Source of the DNA: the human T2T-CHM13v2.0 reference genome, Homo sapiens
Direction: 5' to 3' (one strand)
DNA length: 64,000 bases
Assembly (NCBI RefSeq): GCF_009914755.1
Contig: NC_060946.1
Both the position numbers and the translations under genes were made by a program. Positions within the stretch are counted from its first letter, which is position 1, and every line of letters starts with the position of its first letter. Shown here piece after piece: positions 1 to 14,400 of this stretch. The notes under the pieces were generated by a model that searched no databases, was not told the origin of the DNA, and worked only from the letters and a program-made list of their open reading frames with translations.

Positions 1-1102
1 CTATGAAAGGGAATTTTCAACTCTGTGACTTGAATGCAAACATCACTAAGAAGTTTCTGAGAATGCTTCTGTCTAGATTTTATATGAAGATATTCTCCTT
101 TCCAACGAAATCCTCAAATCTATCCAAATATCCTCTTGCAGATTATACAAAAAGAGTGTTTCACAACTGCTCTATCAAAAGAAAGGTTCAACTTTGTTAG
201 TTGAGTACACACATCACAAAGAGGTTTCTGAGAATGCTTCTGTCTAGTTTTTATGGGAAGATAATTCCGTTTTCACCATAGGCCTCAAAGCACTCCAAAT
301 GTCCACTTGCAGATACTACAAAAAGAGTGTCTCAAACCCGCTCTATGAAAGGGAATGTTCAAATCCGTGACTTGAATACAAACATCACAAAGGAGTTTCT
401 GAGAATGATTCTGTGTACTTTTTACATGAAAATATTCCCGTTTCCAACGAAATCCTCAAAGCTATCCAAATATCCTCTTGCAGATTCTACAAAAAGAGTG
501 TTTCAAAACTCTGCTATCAAAAGAAAGTTTAAACTCTGTTAGTTGAGTACACACATTACAAACAAGTTTCTGAAAATGTTTCTTTCTAGTTTTTATGGGA
601 AGATATTTCCTTTTTTACTATAGGCCTCAAAGCGCTCCAAATGTCCACTTCCAGATACTACAAAAAGAGTGCTTCAAACCTGCTCTATGAAAGCGAATGC
701 TCAACTCTGTGACTTGAATGCAAACATCACAAAGAAGTATCTGAGAATGCTTCTGTCTACTTTTTATATGGAGATATTCCCGTTTCCAATGAAATCCTCA
801 AAGGTATCCAAATATCCACTTGCAGATTCTACAGAAAGATTTTTTCAAAACTGCTCTATCAAAAGAAAGGTTCACCTCTGTTAATTGAGTACACACATCA
901 CAAACAAGTTTCTGAGAATGCTTCTGTCTAGTTTTTATGGGAAAATATTTCCTTTTTCACCATAGACCTCAACGTGCTCCAAATGTCCACTTCCAGATAC
1001 TACAAAAGGAGTGTTTCAAACCTGCTCTATGAAAGGGAATGCTCAACTCTGTGAATTGAATGCCAACATCACAAAGAAGTTTCTGAGAATGCTGCTGTCT
1101 AC
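1..1102 (-). repeat. Divergent alpha satellite, alternating A (pJalpha-box) and B (CENP-B-box) monomers, SF2-like dimeric
   Basis: 171-bp periodic motifs (gtttctgagaatgcttctgtctag; ccacttgcagattctacaaaaagagtg). ORF-track echoes at 327 and 669 are 342 bp apart. tcccgtttccaacgaa alternates with tttcctttttcaccatag. Confidence 0.95.
436..452 (-). promoter_or_regulatory. Intact CENP-B box (example from the divergent flank)
   Basis: Plus strand TCCCGTTTCCAACGAAA is the reverse complement of TTTCGTTGGAAACGGGA and matches the core NTTCGNNNNANNCGGGN. Confidence 0.9.
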
Positions 1103-1107
1103 TTTTT
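1095..1107 (+). repeat. L1 target-site duplication, left copy (CTGTCTACTTTTT)
   Basis: Matches CTGTTGACTTTTT at 7097-7109 with 2 mismatches. Removing the L1 and one copy restores a continuous alpha monomer (...gctgtctactttttatatgaacatattcccg). Confidence 0.7.
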
Positions 1108-1249
1108 TTTTCTTTTTTTTAATTATACTTTAAGTTTTAGGGTACATGTGCCCATTGTGCAGGTTAGTTACATATGTATACATGTGCCATGCTGGTGCAC
1201 TGCACCCACTAACTCATCATCTAGAATGAGGTATATTTCCTAGTGCTAT

Positions 1250-1270
1250 CCCTCCCCCCTCCCCCCACCC
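1250..1270 (-). other. L1 3'UTR G-rich polypurine tract (potential G-quadruplex)
   Basis: ccctccccctcccccc..accc-type C runs on the plus strand, at the usual position in the L1 3'UTR. Confidence 0.7.
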
Positions 1271-1326
1271 TACAACAGTCCGCAGAGTGTGTTGTTCCCC
1301 TTCCTGTGTCCATGTGATCTCATTGT

Positions 1327-5151
<3,825 letters not shown>

Positions 5152-5214
5152 TAAGATGTTAGCTGGTTATTTTGCTCGTTAGTTGATGCAGTTTCTTCCT
5201 AGTCTCGATGGTCT

Positions 5215-6229
5215 TTACATTTTGGCATGATTTTGCAGTGGCTGGTACCGGTTGTTCCTTTCCATGTTTAGCGCTTCCTTCAGAAGCTCTTTTAGGGCAG
5301 GCCTGGTGGTGACAAAATCTCTCAGAATTTGCTTGTCTGTAAAGGATTTTATTTCTCCTTCACTTATGAAGCTTAGTTTGGCTGGATATGCAATTCTTGG
5401 TTGAAAATTCTTTTCTTTAAGAATGTTGAATATTGGCCCCCACTCTCTTCTGGCTTATAAGGTTTCTGTTGAGGGATCCATTGTTAGTCTGATGGGCTTT
5501 CCTTTGAGGGTAACCCGACCTTTCTCTCTGGCTGCCCTTAACAATTTTTCCTTCATTTCAAATTTGGTGAATCGGACAATTATGTGTCTTGGAGTTGCTC
5601 TTCTCGAGGAGTATCTTTGTGGTGTTCTCTGTATTTCCTGAATCTGAACGTTGGCCTGCCTTGCTAGATTGGGGAAGTTCTCCTGGATAATATCCTGCAG
5701 AGTGTTTTCCAATTTGGTTCCAATCTCCCCATCACTTTCAGGTACACCAATCAGATGTAGATTTGTTCTTTTCACATAGTCCCATATTTCTTGGAGGCTT
5801 TGCTCATTCCTTTTTATTCTTTTTTCTCTAAACTTCCCTTCTCACTTCATTTCATTCATTTCATCTTCCATCGCTGATACCCTTTCTTCCACTTGATCAC
5901 ATCGGCTCCTGAGGCTTCTGCATTCTTCATGTAGTTCTCGAGCCTTGGTTTTCAGCTCCATCAGCTCCTTTAAGCACTTCTCTGTATTGGTTATTCTAGT
6001 TATACATTCTTCTAAATTTTTTCAAAGTTTTCAACTTCTTTGCCTTTGGTTTGAATGTCCTCCCATAGCTCAGAGTAATTTGATCATCTGAAGACTTCTT
6101 CTCTCAGCTCATCAAAGTCATTCTCCATCCAGCTTTGTTCGGTTGCTGGTGAGGAACTGCGTTCCTTTGGAGGAGGAGAGGTGCTCTGCTTTTAGAGTTT
6201 CCAGTTTTTCTGTTCTGTTTTTTCCCCAT
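5215..6229 (-). pseudogene. L1 ORF1p (RNA-binding chaperone), disrupted
   Basis: Start ATG GGG AAA at 6229 and terminal ATG TAA at 5215-5220. The span is 1015 bp, not a multiple of 3. Fragment 5455-5775 (IIQENFPNLARQANVQIQEIQRTPQRYSSRRATPRHIIVRF) ends in a premature stop. Confidence 0.93.
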
Positions 6230-7095
6230 CTTTGTGGTTTTATCTACTTTTGGTCTTTGATGATGGTGATGTACAGATGGGTTTTTGGTGTGGATGTCCT
6301 TTCTGTTTGTTAGTTTTCCTTCTAACAGACAGGACCCTCAGCTGCAGGTCTGTTGGAATACCTTGCGGTGTGAGGTGTCAGTGTGCCCCTGCTGGGGGGC
6401 TGCCTCCCAGTTAGGCTGCTCAGGGGTCAGGGGTCAGGGACCCACTTGAGGAGGCAGTCTGCCAGTTCTCAGATCTCCAGCTGCATGCTGGGAGAACCAC
6501 TGATCTCTTCAAAGCTGTCAGACAGGGATATTTAAGTCTGCAGAGGTTACTGCTGTCTTTCTGTTTGTCTGTGCCCTGCTCCCAGAGATGGAGACTACAG
6601 AGGCAGGCAGGTCTCCTTGAGCTGTGGTGGGCTCCGCAGAGTTGGAGCTTCCCAGCTGCTTTGTTTACCTAATCAGGCCTGGGCAATGGCGGGTGCCCAC
6701 CCCCAGCCTCACTGCCGCCTTGCACTTTGATCTCAGACTGCTGTGCTAGCAACCAGCGAGACTCCGTGGGCGTAGGACCCTCCAAGCCAGGTGCGGGATA
6801 TAATCTCGTGGTGCGCCATTTTTTAAGCATGTCGGAAAAGCGCAGTATTCGGGTGGGAGTGACACGATTTTACAGGGGCCATACATCAACCCTTTCTTTG
6901 ACTCGGAAAGGGAACTCCCTGACCCCTTGTGCTTCCCAAGTGAGACAATTCCTCACCGTGCTTCAGCTTGCACACAGTGTGTGCACCCACTGACCTGCAC
7001 CCACTGTCTGGCACTCCCTAGTGAGATGAACCCAGTACCTCAGATGCAAATGCAGAAATCACCGTCTTCTGCATTGCTCACTCTGGCAACTGTAG
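6230..7095 (-). promoter_or_regulatory. L1 5'UTR (internal sense promoter and antisense promoter region), about 40 nt missing at the 5' end, CpG-decayed
   Basis: Matches the L1 5'UTR from CTACAG (7095) to the ORF1 ATG. The terminal GGGGGAGGAGCCAAGATGGCCG segment containing the YY1 site is absent. Confidence 0.85.
6686..6993 (+). pseudogene. L1 ORF0 relic (antisense ORF in the 5'UTR), frameshifted
   Basis: ATGGCGGGTGCC at 6686 runs into a stop after 14 codons because one C is missing. The ORF0-like peptide ISDCCASNQRDSVGVGP...RVGVTRF survives in ORF 6727-6993. Confidence 0.75.
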
Positions 7096-10000
7096 TCTGT
7101 TGACTTTTTATATGAACATATTCCCGTTTCCAACGAATTCCTCAAAGCTATGCAAATATCCACTTGCAGATTCTACAAAAAGAGTGCTCCAAAACTGCTC
7201 TATCTAAAGAAAGGTTCAACTCTGTTAGTTGAGTACATGCATCACAAACAAGGTTCTGAGAATGCTCCTGTCTAGTTTTTATGGGAAGATATTTCCTTTT
7301 TCACCATAAGCCTCAAAGCACTCCAAATGTCCACTTCCAGATACTACAAAAAGAGTGTTTCAAACCTGTTCTATGAAAGGGAATGTTCAACTCTATGATT
7401 TGAATGCAAACATCACAAAGATGTTTCTGAGAATACTTCTGTCTAGATTTTAAATGAAGATATTACGGCTTCCAAAGAAATCCTCAAAGCTATTCAAATA
7501 TCCACTTCCAGATTCTACTAAAAGAGTGTCTTAAAACTGCTCTAGCAAAAGAAAGGTTCAACTCTGTTAGTAGAGTACACACATCACAAACATATTTCTG
7601 AGAATGCTTCTGTCTAGTTTTTATGGGAAGATATTTCATTTTTCACCATAGGCATCAAAACGCTCTAAATGTCCACTTCCAAATACTACAAAAAGAGTGC
7701 TTCCAACCTGCTCTATGAAAGGGAATGTTCAACTCTGTGACTGCGATGCAAAGGTCACAAGGATGTTTCTCAGAATGCTTCTCACTAGATTTTATATGAA
7801 GATATTCCCGTTTCCAACGAAATCCTCAAAGCTATCCAAATCTTCACTTGCAGATTCTACAAAAAGAGTGTTTCAAAACTGCTCTATAAAAAGAAAGTTT
7901 CAACTCTGTTAATTGAGGACACACAATACAAATAAGTTTCTGAGAATGCTTCTGTCTAGTTTTTCTGGGAAGATATTTCTTTTTTCACCATAGACCTCAA
8001 AGCGCTATAAACGTCCACTTCCAGTTACTACAAAAAGAGTGTTTCAAACCTGCTCTATTAAAGGGAATGTTCAACTCTGTGACTTGAACGCAAACATCAC
8101 AAAGAAGTTTCTGAGAATGCTAGTGTCTACTTTTTATATGTATTCCCGTTTCCAACGAAATCCTCAAAGCTATCCAAATATCCACTTGCAGATTACACAA
8201 AAAGAGTGTTTCAGAACTACTCTACCAATAGAAAGGTTCAACTCTGTTAGTTGAGTAAATACATCATAAACAAGTTTCTGAGATTGCTTCTACCTAGTTT
8301 TTATGGGAAGATATTTCCTTTTTCACCATAGGCCTCAAAGCGGTCCAAACATCCACTTCCAGATACTACAAAAAGAGTACTTCAAACCTGCTCTATGAAA
8401 GGGAATGTGCTCTATGAGTTGAATGCAAACATCTGAAAGAAGTTTCTGAGAATGCTTCCGTGTAGATTTTATATGAGGATATTCCTGTTTCCAACGAAAT
8501 CTTCAAATCTATCCAAATATCCAATTGCAGATTCTACAAAAAGAGTGTTTCCAAACTGCTGTATCAAAAGAAAGGTTCAACCCTGTTACTTGAGGACTCA
8601 CATCCCAAATAAGTTTCTGAGAATGCTTCTGTCTAGTTTTTATGGGAAGATATTTCCTTTTTCACCATAGGCGTCAAAGCGCTCAAAATCTCCCCTTCCA
8701 GATACTACAAAAAGAGTGTTTTAAACCTGCTCTATGAAAGGGCATGTTCAAATCTATGAGTTGAATGCAAACATCACAAAGAAGTTTCTGAGAATGCTTC
8801 TGTCTAGATTTTATATGAAGATATACCAGTTTCCAAAAAATCTTCAAAGTTATCCAAATATCCACTTGCAGATTCTACAAAAAGAGTGTTTCCCAACTGC
8901 TGTACCAAAAGAAAGGTTCAACTCTGTTAGTTGAGGACACACATCACAAATAAGTTCCTGAGAATTCTTCCGTCTAGTTTTTATGGGAAGATATTTCCTT
9001 TTTCACCATAGGCCTAAAAGTGCTCGAAATGTCCAGTTCCAGATACTAGAGAAAGAGTGTTTCAAACCTACTCTATGAAAGGGAATGTTCGACTCTGTAA
9101 CTTGAATGCAAACAACACAGAGAAGGTTCTCAGAATGCTGCTGTCTACTTTTTATATGTATTCCCATTTCCAACGAAATCCTCAAAGCTATCGAAATATC
9201 TACTTGCAGATTCCACAAAAAGAGTGTTTCAAAACTGCTCTATCAATGGAAAGGTTCAAATCTGTTAGTTGAGTACATACATAACAAAAAAGTTTCGGAG
9301 AATGCTTCTCTATTATTTTTATGGGAAGATATTTCCTTTTTCACCATAGGCCTCAATGCGCTCTAAATGTCTACTCCCAGATACAACAAAAAGAGTGTTT
9401 CAAACCTCCTCTGTGAAAGGGAATCTTTAACACTGTGACTAGAATGCAAATATCACAAAGATGTTTCTCAGAATGCTTCTGTCTAGATTTTATACGAAGA
9501 TATTCCCATTTCCAATGAAATCCTCAAAGCTATCCAAATATCCACTTGCAGATACTGCTCTGTGAAAAGAATGTTTCAACTCTGTTAGTTGAGTACACAC
9601 ATCACAAACCAGTTTCGGACAATGCTTCTGTCTAGTTTTTATGGGAAGACATATCCTTTTTCACCATAGGCCTCAAAGCACTCGAAATATCCATTTCCAC
9701 ATACTACAAAAGTGTGTTTCAAATCTGCTCTACAAAAGGGAATGTTCAACTCTATGAGTTGAATGCAAACATCACAAAGAATTTTCTGAGAATGCTTCTG
9801 TCTAGATTTTATATGAAGATATTCCCTTTCCCACTGAAATATTCAAAGCTATCCAAATATCCACTTGCACATTCTACAAAAAGAGTGTTTCAAAACTGCT
9901 GTTTCAAAAGAAAGGTTCAAATCTGTTAGTTGAGGAAACACATCACAAATAAGTTTCTGAGAATTCTTCTGTCTAGTTTTTATGGGAAGATATTTCATTT

Positions 10001-13000
10001 TTCACCAAAGGCCGCAAAGCACTCGAAATGTCCACTTCCAGATACTACAAAAAGAGTGTTTCAAGCCAGCTCTATGAAATGGAATGTTCAACTCTGTGAC
10101 TTGAATGCAAATATCACAAAGAAGTTTCTGAGAATGCTTCTGTCTAGATTTTATATGAAGATATTCCCGTTTCCAACGAAATCATTAAAACTATCCAAAT
10201 ATCCACTTTCAGATTCTACAAAAAGAGTGTTTCAAAACTGCTCTGTAAAAACAAAGGTTCAACTCTGTTAGTTGAGTACACACATCACAAACAAGTTTCT
10301 GAGAATGTTTCTGTCTAGTTTTAAAGAGAAGATATTTCCTTTTACACCGTACGCATCAAAGCACTCGAAATGTCCACTTCCAGATACTACAAAAGGAGTG
10401 TATCAAACCTGCTCTATGAAAGGGAATGTTCAACTCTGTGACTTGAATGCAGACATCACAAAGCAGTTCCTGAGAATACTTCTGTCTAGATTTTATAGGA
10501 AGATATTCCCGTTTCCAACGAAATGCTCAAAGCTATCCAAATATTCACTTGCAGATTCTACAAAAAGAGTGTTTCAAAACTGCTCTGTCAAAAGAAAGGT
10601 TCAACTCTGTTAGTTGAGTACACACATCACAAATAAGTTACTGAGAATGCTTCTGTCTAATTTTTATGGGAAGATAATTCCTTTTTCACCATAGGCCGGA
10701 AAGAGCTTGAAATGTCCAGTTCCAGATACTGCAGAAAGAGTGTTTCAAACCTACTCTATGGAACGGAATGTTTGACTCTGTGACTTGAATGCAAACATCA
10801 AAAAGAAGTTTATGAGAATGCTGCTGTTTACTTTTTATATGTATTCCCGTTTCCAATGAAATCCTCTAAGCTATCCAAATAAGCAATTGCAGATTCCACA
10901 AAAAGAGTGTTTCAAAACTGCTCTACCAATAGATAGGTTCAACTCTGTTTGTTGAGTACATACATCACAAACAAGTTTCTGAGAATGCTTCTGTCTAGTT
11001 TTTATGGGAAGATATTTCCTTTTTCACAATAGGCATCAAAACCCTCCAAATGTCCACTTCCAGATACTACAAAAAGAGTGTTTCAAACCTGCTCTATAAA
11101 AGGGAATGTTAAACTCTGTGACTTGAAAGCAGATATCACAAAGAAGGTTCTGAGAATGCTTCTGTCTAGATTTTATATGAAGATATTCCCGTTTCCTACG
11201 AAATCGTTAAAGCTATCCAAATATCCACTTGCAGATTATACAAAAAGAGTGTTTCAAAACTGCTCTGTCAAAAGAAAGGTTCAACACTGTTAGTTGAGTA
11301 CACACATCACAAACAAGTTTCTGAGAATGCTTCTGTCTAGATTTTATGGGAAGATATTTCCTTTTTCACCATAGGCATCAAAGCGCTCCAAATGTCCACT
11401 TCCACATACTACAAAATGAGTGTTTCAAACCTGCTCTATGAAAGGGAATGTTCAACTCTGTGACTTGAATGCCGACATCACAAATCAGTTTCTGAGAATG
11501 CTTCTGTCTAGATTTTATATGAAGATAATGCCGTTACCAATGAAATCCTCAAAGCTATCCAAATATCCACTTGCAGATTCTACAAAAAGAGTGTGTCAAA
11601 ACTGCTCGGTCAAAAGAAAGGTTCAATTCTGTTAGTTGAGTACACACATCACAAACAAGTTTCTCAGAATGCTTCTGTCTAGTTTTTATGGGAAGATATT
11701 ATCTTTTTCACCATAGGCCACAAAGCGCTCGAAAGGTCCAATTCCACATACTACCAAAAGAGTGTTTCAAACCTGCTCTATGAAAGGGAAAGTTCAACAC
11801 TATGAGTTGAATGCAAACATCACAAAGAAGTTTTTGAGAATGATTCCTTCTAGATTTTATATGAAGATATTCCTGTTTCCAATGAAATCTTCAAAGCTAT
11901 CCAAATATCCACTTACAGATTCTACAAAAAGAATGTTTCCAAACTGCTGTATCAAAAAAAAGCTTCAACACTGTTAGTTGAGGACACACATCACAAATAA
12001 GTTTCTGAGAATTCTTCTGTCTAGTTTTTATGGGAAGATATTTCCTTTTTCACCATAGGCCTGAAAGCGCTCGAAATGTCCACTTCCAGAACTACAGAAA
12101 GAGTGTCTCAAACCTCCTCTATGAAAAGGAATGTTTGACTCAGTGACTTGAATGCAAACATCACAAAGAAGTTTATGAGAATGCTGCTGTCTACTTTTTG
12201 TATATATTCCCGTTTCCAACAAAATCGTCAAAGCTATCCAAATATCCACTTGCAGATTCCACAAAAAGAGTGTTTCAAAACTGCTCTATCAAAAGATAGG
12301 TTCAACTCTGTTAGTTGAGTACATACATCACAAACAAGTTTCTGAGAATGCTTGTGTCTAGTTTTTATGGGAAGATATTCCTTTTTAATCATAGGCCTAA
12401 ATGCGCTCTAAATGTCCACTCCCAGATACTACAAAAAGAGTGCCTCAAAGCTGCTCTGTGAAACGGATTGTTTAACTCTGTGACTTGAATGCAAATATCA
12501 CAAACATATTTCTCAGAATGCTTCTGTCTAGATTTTATATGAAGATATTCCGGTTTCCAGCGAAATCCTCAAATCTATACAAATATCCACTTGCAGATTC
12601 TACAAAAAGAGTGTTTCAAAAATCCTCTGTAAAAAGAAAGGTTCAACTCTGTTAGTTGAGTGCACACATCACAAACAAGTCTCTGAGAATGCTTCTGTCT
12701 ACTTTTTATGGGAAGATATTTCCTTTTTCACCATAGGCCTCAAAACGCTCCAAATGTCCACTTCCAGATACTACAAAAAGGGTGTTTCAAACCTGCTCTA
12801 TGAAAGGGAATGTTCAACTCTGTGCTTGAATGCAGACATCACAAAGCAGTTTCTGAGAATGCTTCTGTCTAGATTATGTATGAAGATATTCCCGTTTCCT
12901 ATGAAATCCTCAAATGTATCCAAATATCCACTTGCAGATTCTACAAAAAGAGTGTTTCAAAACTGTTCTCTCAAAAGAAAGGTTCAACTCTATTAGTTGA

Positions 13001-14400
13001 GTACACACATCACAAACAAGGTTCTGAGAATGCTTCCATCTAGATTTTATTGGAAGATATTTCCTTTTTCACCATAGGACTCAAAGCGCTCGAAATGGCC
13101 AATTCCAGATACTACAAAAAGAGTGTTTCAAACCTGCTCTGTGAAAGGGAAGGTTCAACTCTATGAGTTGAATGCAAACATCACAAAGCAGTTTCTGAGA
13201 ATGCTTCTGTGTAGATTTTATATGAGGATATTCCCGTTTCCAATGAAATCTTCAAATCTATCAAATATCCTTTTGCACATTATGCAAAAAGAGTGTTTCC
13301 AAACTGCTGTATCAAAAGAAAGGCTCAGCTCTGTTATTTCAGGACTCACATCACAAATAAGTTTCTGAGAATGCTTCTGTCTAGTTTTTATGGGAAGAAA
13401 ATTCCATTTTCACCATAGGCCTGAAAGCGCTCAAAATGTCCACTTCCAGATACTACAGAGAGTGTTTCAAACCTGCTCTATGAAAGGCAATGTTCAACTC
13501 TGTGAGTTGAATGCAGACATCACAAAGAAGTTTCTGAGAATGCTTCGGTCTAGCTTTTATACGAAGATATTCATGTTTCCAATGAAATCCTTAAAGTTAT
13601 CCAAATATCCACATGCAGATTCTACAAAAAGAGTGTTTCAAAACTGCCCTGTAAAAAGAAAGGTTCAATTCTGTTAGTTGAGTACACACATCACAAACAA
13701 GTATCTAAGAATGCTTCTCTCTAATTTTTATAGGAAGATATTCCCTTTTTCACCATAGGCATCACAGCGCTCCAAATTTCCACTTCCAGAAACTACAAAA
13801 AGAGTGTTTCAAACCTGCTCTATGAAAGGGAATGTTCAACTCTGTGACTTGAATGCTAAGATCACAAAGCAGTTTCTGAGAATGCTTCTGTCTAGATTTT
13901 ATATGAAGATATTCCCGTTTCCAACGAAATCCTCAAATCTATCCAAATATCCACTTGCAGATTCTACAAAAACAGTGTTTCCAAACTGCTGTATCAAAAG
14001 AAAGATTCTACTCTGTTAGTTGAGGACACACATCACAAATAAGTTTCTGAGAATGCTTCTGTCTAGTTTATATGGAAAGATATTTCCTTTTTCACCATAG
14101 GCCTGAAAGCACTCGAAATGTCCACTTCCAGATTCTACAGAAAGAGTGTTTCAATCATGCTCTATGAAAGGGAATGTTCAACTCTGTGACTTGAATGCAA
14201 ACATCACAAAGAACTTTCTGAGAATGCTGCTGTCTACTTTTCATATGTATTCCCGTTTCCAAAGAAATCCTCAAAGCTATCAAAATATCCACTTGCAGAT
14301 TCTACAAAAAGAGTGTTTCAAAACTGCTCTGTTAAAAGAAAGGTACAACTCTGTTAGGTAAGTACACACATCACAAAGTACTTTCTGAGAATACTTCTGT
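7096..14400 (-). repeat. Divergent dimeric alpha satellite (SF2-like decayed or divergent HOR layer)
   Basis: Strict A/B alternation with 342-bp echoes (9930/10272; 11078/11420/11762; 13804/14146). No near-identical copies. Many CENP-B boxes are mutated (caatgaa, cccattt, cctgttt). Confidence 0.92.
7097..7109 (+). repeat. L1 target-site duplication, right copy (CTGTTGACTTTTT)
   Basis: Degenerate match to 1095-1107. It is followed by AT, giving a TTTTT/AT L1-endonuclease-like nick site on the plus strand, consistent with a minus-strand insertion. Confidence 0.7.

Noticed and set aside
1190-1230. L1HS-Ta assignment
   Set aside because: The diagnostic 3'UTR position shows the older GAG state (actaactc), and the mutation load is too high.
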